DNA of 63,736 nucleotides, counting the filler, from Choristocarpus tenellus KU-1152 (Eukaryota > Protista > Phaeophyceae): the NCBI GenBank assembly GCA_964200185.2. It is 9 parts of 9 records of this genome, joined end to end, with 100 filler letters (N's around TTAATTAATTAA, not from the genome) between each part and the next. Parts side by side here need not be neighbours in the genome. Positions count along the whole stretch, not along the records: positions 9,161 to 24,149 come from CAXNAD020001083.1; positions 24,250 to 29,828 come from CAXNAD020010359.1; 7 more parts are not named here. One strand, 5' to 3'. Each line of letters starts with the position of its first letter. Within the stretch, counting starts at the first letter, position 1. The notes under the pieces are model-generated. The model was not told the origin of the DNA. It worked only from the letters and a program-made list of their open reading frames with translations, and made no database searches. Of the stretch, positions 13,470 to 25,943 are shown in pieces. Position numbers and translations under genes: made by a program.

Positions 13470-13727
13470 GATTCAAACTATCTTAGAGGGTAGAGCCGCG
13501 TCCAATTGGGGGATAAAATCTAATGTTGCTATTTTGATGTAATTTTGGCTATCGTATTTATTAGGAAGTGTCAATATCCTTGTTCTGGACACATCTTTTC
13601 ATGACGTATACATTTTACCTACTCCGAAACATTTTGGAGTAGGAAAATATCATTAAAAAATGCATGGGCAGCCAAGCCCAAACGGACAAACAGGGCAAAA
13701 ATCGTACCCTCTAAGATACTTTCATCT
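13470..13727 (+). mobile_element. MITE family A copy 1 (~258 bp)
   Basis: Degenerate TIRs ...TATCTTAGAGGGTA / TACCCTCTAAGATACTTTCA; flanked by tga/tga (or ttga/ttga). Confidence 0.85.
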
Positions 13728-14614
13728 TGATACAATCAAAGTAGCCAAGACAGACTACACCAATGGCGGAGCCCACACCGGAGAAAAAGGAATGCCTGTG
13801 GAGGGAGTCCAAGGTTCCTCCAGCGCACAATGTCATTGTAAAGGTTGGTACTTTATCACCTCTAGTCACCTTCTGTTTTTACATTATCCTTTTACTACAC
13901 AATAAAATATCCTTTGCATGTGTTACTTAGGATCCTCCGAAGAATATATTTCCCTTTCGTGATGACCATTCTCAATGGATTCAGTGCAATGTTTCTTCAA
14001 CTAGCCCCATGTTTCTCATATTTCTCCTCCCCACTTTCGCGGCCTATGAACAGGTGTGGACCGACAAGGATGACGAGAAGCACAAGGAGTTACAAGCAAA
14101 CACTTCTGCCGCCTAACAACCTCAGGAAGCAGATGATTGTTCATGTTCCCCCTCACGAGGTCAACCGCGACGGACGAAATGATTTCCGTGTCCCCGTCTT
14201 TCCAGGCAGTAAGTCCATGCACAAGTTTGTCACTCAACTGTGTTTAGACAGTAGTTAGGCGCTTCATGATGTACAGCAGAGAACTATATGACGGAGCAGT
14301 TTTTGTATCACCTGATTTGAAGATTTTATTGATCAAGGCCTAAGTGCTCGAAGTTGTTCTGCTGGTGTATGGCTGCATGATGTTATCACTCAGGAAAACG
14401 TTCTTCATATCCAGAACTGCCACTTCCTCCAGCGTTGCATCAGGGCTCGTCTGGTTTTTCAGATTCCAGGTGAAAAGACCGTATCATGTCCAGGAGATCC
14501 AAACCCCTTGTGATACAGCTGTGAGAATGTAGCCAAACACTTCATGAACGTTTGGCATACTTATGGAGGCTGAAGAAGCGCAGCTTACCACAACAATAGT
14601 GGCCATAGTGAGGT

Positions 14615-15248
14615 GCACAGGGGAACCCCCCCTGTCATCAAGAGCCCCCACGTCCTTGGGCAACCCTCTCTATCATACCGTTTTCACTTCTCTTCAAACG
14701 AAGCTTAGGGTTATTTGCCACACGCACGTTAGCGTTAGGGATAGAGTTAGATGAGTGAAAGTATCTTAGAGGGTACGAGTTTTTCCCTGTTTGTCCTTTT
14801 AAGACTTTTCTTCCAACGTTTTTTAGTGATATTTTCCTAATCCGAAATGTTTAGGAGTAGATAAAAGGTATACGTTATGAAAAGGTGTGTCCGAAACATA
14901 GATATTGACACTTCCTAACTAACACGATAGCCAAAATTACATATAAATCGCAACATTGGATTTTGGCCCCCAAATGGACGCGGCTATACCCTCTGAGATA
15001 CTTCGGCTCAGATATATCGAAAACGAATGTGGAAAAGAGGCAAGTGGTGGATCCTCAAGAGGTTGTGGTTCCCCAGTGATCACGATACCTCTCCCCCACT
15101 TCTATTGTATTTCCTTGTCTGGTTAAGAGGTATTTTTCGAACACAAGTTAGAGTTAGGGTTAAGGCTTAGGGTTAGGGCTAGAGATAGTGATGAAGTTGT
15201 TTTCGAAAACAATGTGGGACTCCGAAAGACAGGGGGGCTCCCCTGTGC
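14615..15248. mobile_element. Family C CAC...GTG TIR element containing a nested family A MITE
   Basis: gcacaggggaaccccccctgtc ... gacaggggggctcccctgtgc termini; internal TTAGGG-like repeats. Confidence 0.7.
14753..15009 (-). mobile_element. MITE family A copy 2 (nested in a family C element)
   Basis: GAGTGAAAGTATCTTAGAGGGTAC ... TACCCTCTGAGATACTTCGGCTC; agat on both flanks. Confidence 0.9.
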
Positions 15249-15843
15249 TCTGCAACATAACGATTCAGGAAAGGTTTCTGTAACTGTACAAAATTGAGTC
15301 TTTTTGCCATTCTTTGGGATTCTTAAGATGCAACCTTGTTGATAAAGGCTTATCGGCGAGAACTGCTGCTGGTTTACATGGCAAACATATATTGATCATT
15401 AATTGTGCTATGGGCTCCTATCTTGGTTAGCCATCATCACCTGACGTACGAACAAAGACTACTGACTTATCATACCTCTATGTACGGTACTACTATGAAT
15501 TGTATCGAACATGAATTAAACGTACATGAAACTGTCACACGGTGTATGCTTGTATCAGCACATACGACGTAAGCATAACAACAGTTATCGCGACATCCTA
15601 CCCTTGCTGAAAAAGCGTAAACTCAACCACCTCCAAAAAAATAAGTATCACACACATGTATTACTTCTACATCTTCGTATAAAAGTTCGCATGTTATGTG
15701 AAAAATTTCACTGTCAGAACATCTGGTCTCTGTTTTTTTTGCTTGCTCCTTCTGAAAAATCTTCAAAAGTTGCAAAACATACATCTCTGGCATGGCCTAG
15801 AATGAATGGGACTCCAGTTCCGATCACCCCAATCACAAATGTG

Positions 15844-16104
15844 GAGACAAAGTTTCTTAGCGGGTAGAGTCGCGTCCATTTGGGGGTAAAAATCCAATGT
15901 TGTGATTTTGATGTAATTTTGGCTATCGTGTTTGTTAGGAAGTGCCAATATCTATGTTTCGGACACATGTTTTCATAACGTATATATTTTACCTACTCCT
16001 ACACATTTTGGAGTAGTAGGAAAATGTCATAAAAAACCCCATGGGATCCAAGCCCCAAAGGGACAAACAGGGCAAAACTCATACCCTCTAAGATACATTC
16101 ACTC
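15844..16104 (+). mobile_element. MITE family A copy 3
   Basis: GAGACAAAGTTTCTTAGCGGGTA ... TACCCTCTAAGATACATTCACTC; gtg/gtg flanks. Confidence 0.9.
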
Positions 16105-19100
16105 GTGATTAATTCATCTCCCACAATTCTTTAAAAAGGGTCCGTCCACAAGGACACAGGATGTAATCTTATTCAAATTGCGTCTGCCTAATCGAAGTAT
16201 ACCTGTTCCTTCAGAACTGGGGATTTCCAAATAACAAAATAATAAAATAAAACGGAAGAAGAATGTATCCTATACAAGAACGTTTACTACAAGTGATTGT
16301 CACTCACTGGTGAAGACAATAGACATCACCAATCGCCTCAGATCATTCTGTAGCAGGGAGAAGGAAGAGCAAAAATATGCCTAAGCCTAAACATGTATCC
16401 CTATCTTACTTGGGGAAATCTGCGTCTAGCCTAATCTAAGTATACTTTTACTCTTTCTAAAGTACGGCTTCCTTAAGGTGCTAAGTATCATCTGACAATT
16501 GCCTGCCTCATGCCCCCCAGCACGAAGCATACTGACGACAGCTAGTGCGTAAAACAGGCAATAACATCAACATCAGCGCCCAAAATGAATAATAAATAAA
16601 ATAAAATGAAATAAAATAAAATGAAATAGAGGAGACAAGGGAAAGAAAAGAAAGAATTGAAGGTAGAGCATAGTAAGGGCGTAAGGGGATACCTGGTCTG
16701 ACAGAAAGGGAGAGAGAAAGACAAAAAACATGGGAGTAAAAATAAATAAAAACAAAAATAAGCGTATCCTATGAAAATTAACTCGGATTAGACATATTAT
16801 TCATGACCTTGTCGACATCTGGTTATTGCCTGTCCTATGCCCCCCAAGCACAAAACATACTCAAGGCTGCTAGAGCGCAAAACAGGCAATGACAATAATA
16901 ATAATAAAAACAAATAAAAAGGGCCAATGAGAGCAACTAATAGTAATAGTAACACATAAATATAAGAAAAAATAAAAAGGAGGCTGAGAACCTTTGCAAC
17001 CTTTCCATCTGGGAACCCTTGCGACTTTCCCGAGTTACAGATTTTATTCTGCANNNNNNNNNNCTTTTTAGCAAATCGGAATCCCCCTTTTGGGGTTCCC
17101 CACGCGCGTACACTGCTTGTGCCGATTAAAGCGTGTGAAGAAATACTCGAGCTATTCGTCGGTAACAAATGCTCGCATTTGTTAGAACACGAGAAGAAAT
17201 GCTCGCGCTATTTGCCTGTAACAGTTCTCTTACACCTTCCCTTCGATGCACAAGGTTTCAAATTCACCTTTCCTTTGCCCCTTCAACTTAGATGCAGGGC
17301 CCTTGACTGCATCTGTGCCAGTGCTGATGGAATCCGCTCGCTTGTGCATGTACTGCACCAAGTCTAGGGTTCCACCTCTTTCCTCTTCTGTGACAGGACA
17401 AGTGTACATTGCAGGGGGATATTATATGTGGCAAGGGGACTTACACCTAATTGAGAGACGCACGTCACAAGTGGAGGTTCAGCTTTGACCACGCATATCG
17501 TGAGAAACATCTACATCACGTGGAACCATTTAAACAAATTCCTGTATCATGTCAGACATGTACCTGTAACAAAAAACAAGTATATTTTGTTCTTGGAAAG
17601 GATTGGAGGACTTGTATTCCTTCAAAGAGAAGCGTTGACTATAGTGTAGAAGAGGAGCACACAAACCAAAGCCGTCCGCTCTCTTCATACGGAAACCGCC
17701 ATGTTCTACATAACTACTGTTGAAACAAACAAATTGTTTGACGCACAATTACATCTCCTTTCCTTTCCAGTCGGCATGTGAGAGGGAAAAGAAGGTGTCG
17801 TTCAGAACCATACCCAACCATCTGAAACATAAATGCGGATTCTTTAGTGATTCTCCAAAGCAAGGGGCGGTGACAGAAAATATATGCATCCTTACCTAAC
17901 TGTTCAGCGAGCTCAGATGGCAATGCAGACACTTGTTCTCCTTCTTGCTTCCTCGCTCTCAAGGAGTGGATACGGGTGGTTTCGTAGGTGCATGTGCTTG
18001 TGTTGTAGAAGGTGGGGGGCCACAAATATGTGCTGGGTTTTTGCCAGTGCCCAGAGGTTGTGGAAAGCGAAACATCTAGCTCAACTTAACCCTTGCGTCC
18101 TTGATCTCCTGCTATTATTCTTCAGAATATGTTCTATATCGTAAATTTTGTTTTGGCACCTGTCACACATACATGAGGTTAAAATCAATCATTTGTGTAA
18201 CAGGGAAGGGCAGAGAGGAGAGACGCTGTTGTGATCTGAATGAATGCATACACTGCATGCACTATATATAACATCAACAGTCTTCTGAAATGGAATCAAG
18301 GGCAATCCCAAAGAGAAGTGTATATTCCAATGTCGATATGGGCCATGGTCGTATGGTATGTGCTGAGATTATTCAAAGGATAAACATATCAATATGTATT
18401 TTCCTTTACATTTTTTTTGTCTAAAACAATGGAATTTACCAAAAAACTCACTCAACACTGCAATGTCCCTTAGTACATGTGGTTATGGTATGGTTACTCA
18501 CAACATGACAGACTGGGAGTGGCGTCTGCTCAATGAGTTGAACAGTAACAATATCCACTTATCTACCCTTTGGCAGAACAAGTCTGATCTTGTTCAGTCT
18601 CTCCTCGGTTGCCCAGTTGTATGGACCAAGGGTCAGAATATTCAACGTCTTTATGGAGGGTGTAGACACGGCCCTGACATGGTCACGAAGTTAATTAGAG
18701 AGCACTGAAGAATAAAGGTAATACAAAGGAATTAGACAAGTGCGTTAGACATACCGAGTCAAAGATTCACTCTCGATTTTTCAGGTGAACAAAAGTTTTA
18801 TGAACGCAAGACGAAAAAAGCAGTATCACTGGTTATAGAAAATGTAGGCATGGTCATCATTTATATATAGTATATCAGAAAGTAAAAATGTGGTGATCTT
18901 CTGAGGGATTGCTCTCCCTTTTTGACTTGTCTCTCTTTGATCTTGCCTCCTCTGGGTCTTCCCGCTCCCCTTCATCACGAAGAACCTGTCGGCCTGTTTC
19001 CATTTGTTTCACAGTGAATCGATATATTTCTAAATATCTCGATGTATATGTAGGTTGTAGGTGGTAATGAATTGTACTATTATAATGGTACTGTTTTATT

Positions 19101-20058
19101 TTAGTAGTAATATTTAATTATAGTAGTGGGCTGTCTTGGTGTACCGCTGGAGGTGAATTTGGAATTTGGAATTTGGTCTTGGTCGTGGTTTCGCGTAACG
19201 CTCTTTTGGTTTCCCTGACAATCTGACCACTATTGTTGAGATAGCACAGTCTTTGTTGGAGCAAAGTGCGTGTCTACAAGTCCGTGGTGCAGACAAGTTT
19301 CCACTGTGGTCAATCTATGCTCAGTCTCTTTGCGTTGCAAAGACCTACACCCTATCTATGCTCTTCTGGAAGCCTTCAGTGATTTTTCACTAGAACTGGA
19401 TTTTTTGCGGGTGAGCTTTGTTGGACATATCTCATATGACAATCTCGAGTGTGTGTGGACAGTGTCTGGTTTCATCTTGCTGATATGCGAGAATGAACTC
19501 CTCGACAGCCCCGCCTTTCTCCCTTGTCAATCCAAACACTTCAGGGTCTCCCCCCAAAGAGGGCAGGTCTCTCGGTCGGAAATCTGGATGATGAAAGTCT
19601 CGTTTCGGCTCCCATGACCGTAAGAAGTGGCGGTAAATCTCTTCAATAACAATATAATAATCACTCACCTGCAATGTAGGAGTACAGCACAACGCCAAAT
19701 CACCTTTGGTGGAAGGAGGCTCTTGCCCTCGACCTGATACGTTGTGTTCTTCTCAATCCACTCACATCAGACCCCAACGCTAGAGGGATGTTTCTTCGAA
19801 AGAATGGACGCACCGCTTGGCACAGGTCAATGGGCTATGCCAAGTTGTTGGGTGAGTGTATGTGTTCCCTCCAACTACACCAAGTATGGAATCTTTCGCT
19901 GATGTTGTTGGATATGCCTACAAGCGAGATCATATCCTTGTCAACGTATTTCACCATTAGATGGCTGATCAATGGGAATACCTTCCTGCATTCATCACCG
20001 CAACCACTTTGTGAGCAAGTTGTGCTCGTATGGACATTCTCCACCACAGTTATGTGTG

Positions 20059-20096
<38 letters not shown>

Positions 20097-20169
20097 AATC
20101 TTCAATCACGGCCTGGGTCTGTGCTTACCTCACACACACAAGCCAATGGCGGTTTGAATGACGTCCAAT

Positions 20170-20439
20170 GAGTGAAAGTATCTTAGAAAGTATGAGTTTT
20201 GCCTTGTTCGTCCGTTTCGGGCTTTGCTTCTCAAATTTTTTTTATAACATTTTCCTATTCCGAAATGTATTGGAGAGTAGCTAAAATATGTACGTTTTAG
20301 AGTAAGTACCATGCATATATCCGGAAGAAGGATATTGACACTTCCTTACGAATACGATAGCCAAAATCACATCAAAATCGCAACATTGGATTTTGGCCCC
20401 CAAACAGACGTGGCTTTACCCTCTAAGATCATTTGACGC
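20170..20439 (-). mobile_element. MITE family A copy 4
   Basis: Same TIRs and internal sequence, with a small internal insertion. Confidence 0.85.
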
Positions 20440-21635
20440 AGTAACCCCCCCACCTCATCGAAACGATTGTCCTACTTTAGCCCTCTCGTTCTTACACCAT
20501 GCTTGCTTTGTTCTGCTTCTGCTTCTGCTTCTGCTCTTCTCCAAGGTACAAATCAACCTCCTTCAACCCCCACTCTACCCTACAAGCCCCATTTAACCTA
20601 CTGCCATTTCGCATCATCGTATAGTCACCTATCCTCCATGGAACACATGAAATCAGGAGGAACTGACATAAACAACGATTCCAATTAGTCTTCAACCAAT
20701 GGTTGGGCATGATCAAATAGACTGGCACTCTTGGATACTTACACCGGTCCTTCCTTCCCTTCTATCTCTCCCTCCCTCCCTCTCCCTCTCTCTCCCTCTC
20801 TCTCTCTCTCTCTCCTTTTGCTTCCTTTACGAATGTGAGTCCTTACAGATTAAATTATCTCAACATGTGATGATCACGCAGGTAAGCATAGTCAATAGTA
20901 GGGTCAGGGACCTGGAGAAGGCCAGCTCACCAAACTGTAAGAGTTTCATTGGCAGAAGAGACTCTTGAAGGCAGTCAGCACAAAGCAGGGCGACCACCTG
21001 AGACAGAATAGAATAGAGAACTTCAGTACGAGAAAAATCAACAATTATCATACAGGTTGACCTCTTGGAACTAAAGCTTTTCACCAAAGGAAAGAATGAC
21101 AAAGCTGGGCTGGAAGTGTCAAGGTTGTGGGAAATATTGTGTGCCCACAATTAGGTCAACAGCAGGGGCACACCACCCGCTGACTGGGTGGCGAGAGATA
21201 GTAACAGCATCCTGAGGCAACATGGTATCACTCTCTGCAAGCCCATCCACTATGTTGAAGTAAAAGTGACATGTTCCTTCTCATGGACGCAATCTGTGTC
21301 TTGTTGTGTTTGTTGATGTGGGTTCGGTGGTACATAGTGCAATTAGGCTGGGGTGCCGTTTCTAGGGCCTTCCCAGCGGTGCTGTCCAGATTCCTGCGGC
21401 AAACCTGAGTGGGGGGATTGTTGCTTTCAGTTGCTGTTTCTTCTCCTCAGGGAGGGGGTTCTGGTCTCCAAGTTGGCTGGTCCGGGTGCTGTACCACCTT
21501 GGTCGCTGACACAGGGCGGTGTTGAGTGGGGAAGGGATGGACAGGTGTGGCGCTTAGTCACCCACACGTTACCGACTGTCATTCACTCAGGTCATCTCCA
21601 TCTCCGTTTTATCTTTATCTCTAGGGTGGCGTACT

Positions 21636-21893
21636 GAGTGAAAATATCTTAGAGGGTACGAGTTTTGCCTTGTTTGTCCATTTTGGGCTTGGCTTCTAAC
21701 GGGTTATTAATGACATTTAACCTCCTCCTAAACATTTTGGACTAGGTAAAATGTATACGTTATGAAAAGGTGTGTCCGGAACAAGGATATTGAAATCTCC
21801 TAAAAACACGATAGTTAAAATTTTTAAAAAATTGCAACATTGGATTTTAGTCCCCAAATGGACACGGCTCTACCCTCTAAGATACTTTGACTC
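21636..21893 (-). mobile_element. MITE family A copy 5
   Basis: GAGTGAAAATATCTTAGAGGGTAC ... TACCCTCTAAGATACTTTGACTC; act/act TSD. Confidence 0.92.
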
Positions 21894-21959
21894 ACTACTG
21901 CCAGCAGACTGTGTGTCAGATTGTATGTTAGGGGGTGAAAGAGTAGTATTTTGATGCTT

Positions 21960-24149
21960 GAAATTTTATTTCTTGTTGAGACGGGGCTTTAGGTATGGGA
22001 TTTGGAATTTAGGGTGTGTTAGGGAATTGAGATTGAGATTTAGATTGAGTAAGGTTTGGCAAGATTTGTGTTGCTCTTGAATTTAGGTCGAGTCAGGGGG
22101 TGAGGGTTTGGTTTCGAGTGTAGAGTCGGGTGGGGTTCTTGCTTTTGGCTCGAAATTGAGATGGAGCTGTGTTAGGGCCTTGGTTTAGGTAGAGGCAATG
22201 AATGTGTTGAAGATACAGTTGAGCTTAGGGTCAGACTGGGGGTTGAGAGTTAAGGGTCAAGGTTTGAGGGTTTGGGTTTATGGCTAGGTTTATGGTTAGG
22301 GTTTATAGATAGGGTTGGGGTCGTTTGGGCTATGGTTGAGGAGTAGGGACAGTTGGGGTCAGGGTCAACTTCAGGGCATTAGTTCAGGATTAGGTTCAGG
22401 GTTAGGAGTAGGTTGAGGAGTTTAGGTCAGAGTCTGGGGTGATGGTTAGGGTGTGTGTTAGTGTTAGTGTTAGTGTTAGTGTTAGTGTTAGTGTTAGGGT
22501 TAGAGGTGAGGTTAGCATTATGGTATGGGGCTGGAGGTTTTAGGGTTAGGATCATTTGGGGTTAGGGATAGGGCCAGGGTCTGGGTCTGGGTCTGGGTCT
22601 GGGTCAGGGTGAGGGTTTATGGTCATGGTTAGGGTTCAAAGTTAGGGATTATGGTTATGGTTGGGGTCATTTAGGCTTAGAGTGAGGTGAGGACGAGGAA
22701 CTAAGGCTAGGGCTAGAGGTGGTTCAGGCTCAGGGTTGGGTTCATTTGGGGTTAGGGTTTATGAATGGGGTCAGTTGGGGTTAGAGTCAAGGTCAGGGTT
22801 AGGATTAAGGTGATGATTTAAAGTCAGGGCTTAGGGTCAGGGTCTGGGGTGATGGTTAGGGTGATGATTAGGGTTAGGGTCGTGGGACAGTACTTGTCTT
22901 GTCATTAGGTAGGACTTTGTTTTGGGGGGGTTAGGAGTGGGGGTTAGGGGTGGAGTTAGGGGTAGGGCTATAGTTATCTTGAACTGTTTTTGGTCTCGGA
23001 TTAGGGTGGGGATTGGGTAAGGGTTAGGGTAAGAGTCGGAGTGAGCGTATATTGTCAGGGTTAGAGTTAGAGTGAAGATTTGTGGTTGGGGTCCCGGGTT
23101 TAGTGTTATGGCTAGAGGTGATTTCAGGTTTAGGGTCAGGGTTAGGGTTTGGATTAGGGTTTGAGGGTAGCGTGGTTTGGGGTTAGGGCTAAGAAATAGG
23201 ATCAGTTGGAGTAGGGATAAGGTCAGGGTTGGGGTTGATGGTTGAGGTTGATGGTCGGGGCTTAGGGTTTAGGGATAGGGCTATTGACAGGGTCAGGGCC
23301 TAGGGTATGGGCTAAAGGGGGGGGTATTGTTAGGTTTAAGGCTTGGGGCTGGGTTCATTTGGGGTTAGGGGTAGGTTCAGGTCCAGGGTTTAAGATAAGG
23401 GCTAGAGGTGGGGGGACACTGTTAGGTCTAGCACTTAGGTTGGGTCCATTTGATTAGGTTCAGGGTTAGGGTTAGGGTTAGGGCTTGGGGTTGGGTCCAT
23501 CTGGGATTGGTGTTATTGTTGTTGTTATTGTTTTGGGCAAGGTTATTTTTTGAGATTAGGATTAGGTCCAGGGGCTTAGGGTAAGGGCTAGAGGTGGGGA
23601 TATTGTTCGGGATAGTACTTGGAGTTGAATCCACTTGAGATTGGAGCTAGGGTTACGGTTATCGTTATGGGTACTGTTTTGGGTATGGGGTTAGGGCTCG
23701 GGTTTAGGATTGGGTTCATTTGGGCCTAGGGTTTAGGGTTAGGGTTAGAGTTAGGTTTGGATCAGGGTGGAGTTAGGGTTAGGTTCGGGGTCAGGGACAA
23801 TAATGGGAACAGTAGCATCGAAACGTATTTTGGCAGCACTGAGCACTTGGGGTTAGGGCTAAGGCAAGTATTTTTGGGCTTAGGGCTAAGATAAGTGTTG
23901 TTGAGGTTAGGGTCAAGGTCAGGTTAGGGTCAAGGTTAGATCTAGGGTTAGGATTAGGGTTAGGGTCAGAGACAATACATGGAATTGTGGTATCGAAACA
24001 GTTCTTGGCGGTACCAAGCATTTAAGATAAGTGTTGTTGAGGTTAGGGTCAAGGTCAGGTTAGGGTCAAGGTTAGATCTAGGGTTAGGATTAGGGTTAGG
24101 GTCAGAGACAATACATGGAATTGTGGTATCGAAACAGTTCTTGGCGGTA
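21960..24149 (+). repeat. Degenerate telomere-like (TTAGGG) array, ~2.2 kb, running to the contig end
   Basis: Strongly G/T-skewed, with many TTAGGG/TCAGGG/TTGGGG/TTAGTG variants. The terminal ~127 bp is duplicated exactly (23887-24013 and 24023-24149). Confidence 0.9.
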
Positions 24150-24249
24150 NNNNNNNNNNNNNNNNNNNNNNNNNNNNNNNNNNNNNNNNNNNNTTAATTA
24201 ATTAANNNNNNNNNNNNNNNNNNNNNNNNNNNNNNNNNNNNNNNNNNNN
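24150..24249. other. Artificial contig linker
   Basis: N44-TTAATTAATTAA-N44. Confidence 0.97.
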
Positions 24250-24390
24250 ATTTTCAACAAACAAGATAGGACTTGGGTAAGAGGAAACAAATGTATATTG
24301 TTTATCAGGAACAGTTCTGTCCACAGTTGTACGTATACAAGTATTTCAGGGTGTAAGGTGGAAGCGGAGTGCATCTGGAGTATTAACATT

Positions 24391-24649
24391 GAAGTGAAAG
24401 TATCTTAGAGGGTACGAGTTCTTCCCTGTTTGTCAACTTGGGGCTTGACTTCCCATGGGTTTTTACCGACATTTTACCTACTCAAAAATATTTCGGAGTA
24501 GGTCAAATGTTTATGTTATGAAAAGGTGTGTCCGGAACAAGCATGTTGATTTTCCTAACAAACATGATAGCTAAAATTTCATCAAAATTGCAACATTGGA
24601 TTTTGGCTCCTAATTGGACATGGCTCTACCATCTAAGATAGTTTGGCTC
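24391..24649 (-). mobile_element. MITE family A copy 6
   Basis: Family TIRs; att(g)/att(g) flanks. Confidence 0.9.
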
Positions 24650-25639
24650 ATTGGCAAAAGGATATTTGTTGATGATCAAGTGTAAGACCAGGGAAGTGTT
24701 TTGGTCTGACTCCTCCCTCGTCTACTCCCCTATGTGGTTGTGTGTATTTTCCCTCGTAGCATGTATGCTATATACTGTATAGACGATACTGTATACTTAA
24801 TATTTGACTTTTGGGAAGTCTGATCCTTCATGTTCGTTAGCCTCAAAGCAAGGCTTCAGGACCAACAGTAACCACACATGAAACTTATCCGACAAATCGT
24901 TACCCACAGAACCAGAGAGTTCGAAAAAATGGTACATAAGCAAGCAAGCAAATACAACAATACCAAGAAAATTGCACACAACGGGGATAAAATCAACTTG
25001 ACTGGTAAGCTGTTGTGTTAGCTTTGAGGCAAATATTACCCCTGCAAAAGGTGTCAAAAGGGCAAGGCGACGCCTGAGTAGTGGATAACGAAATACTGTA
25101 AGAATGTAAGAAGACAAAAGAGGACAGTACTTATTTTCCAAGTAACAGAAATTGCTTCATCTTGAAGTGAAATCTTCACATGACTTCACCTAGAACTATT
25201 GTTAGCAAATTATTGATCTTGGTGAGAAAATAAATCAGAAACTGATACTTGGCCACACTGGGTGTAGGAGGTGCAGTCTTGTCAAACGACTTGTTGGTGC
25301 TATGTAGGGTGTGTGTGTTCATACTAAAGTGCCACCACATCTGACAGTCACTCAACCACCCCTTGCATCAAACCCTTGTAGTACAAGACCTCTCTTCACA
25401 CACTCTAAGAAGAGGTATTGGTATACCAACAATACTGTGGATGTACTGTGTAGAGATATGCCTAACAATAGGAGAAAACAAAAACAGGAGTTGGAACAAG
25501 ATTACACCAGATTTGTAGGAATCCACACACAAAATGTAAAGCAAAAATAGGTGATCTCAATGGAGAGTAGGCACATCTTAGGTCAGGCCTCTACACTCAC
25601 CTCCACCTGCCACTTTAAACGACTTCAAAAACACCACAC

Positions 25640-25872
25640 CAAACACAAGAAATACAAAGTGTGCCTCTCTACCCATTGTCAGAGTTGTACTATGAAAACA
25701 TCAGCATTTGAACTGGACAGCATAACAAAACCTTTGAAAAAGAAATATCAGAACAAACTCAAGAAATACATAGTGTGCCTCCCGACACATTGCCAGAGTT
25801 GCATTATGAAAACATCAATATTTGAACTGGACAGGGTAACAAAACCTTTGAAAAAGAAATACCAGACCAAAG
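25640..25872. repeat. 114-bp tandem duplication (2 copies) downstream of the ankyrin gene
   Basis: caagaaatac...gtgtgcctc...tatgaaaacatca...tttgaactggacag...aacaaaacctttgaaaaagaaata repeated with a 114-bp period. Confidence 0.85.
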
Positions 25873-25943
25873 AACGACGATAAGTACAAATTATACACCC
25901 TACCTATTGCCAATATCGTGCCATCCACACATCGATGATCACA

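Noticed and set aside
17100-21600. Coding-like broken ORFs, possibly an old LINE or other retroelement
   Set aside because: No recognisable RT, endonuclease or other motif could be supported by eye
23428-24197. ORFs with PNPN/LTLT/GLGL repeats
   Set aside because: Translations of the telomere-like repeat array
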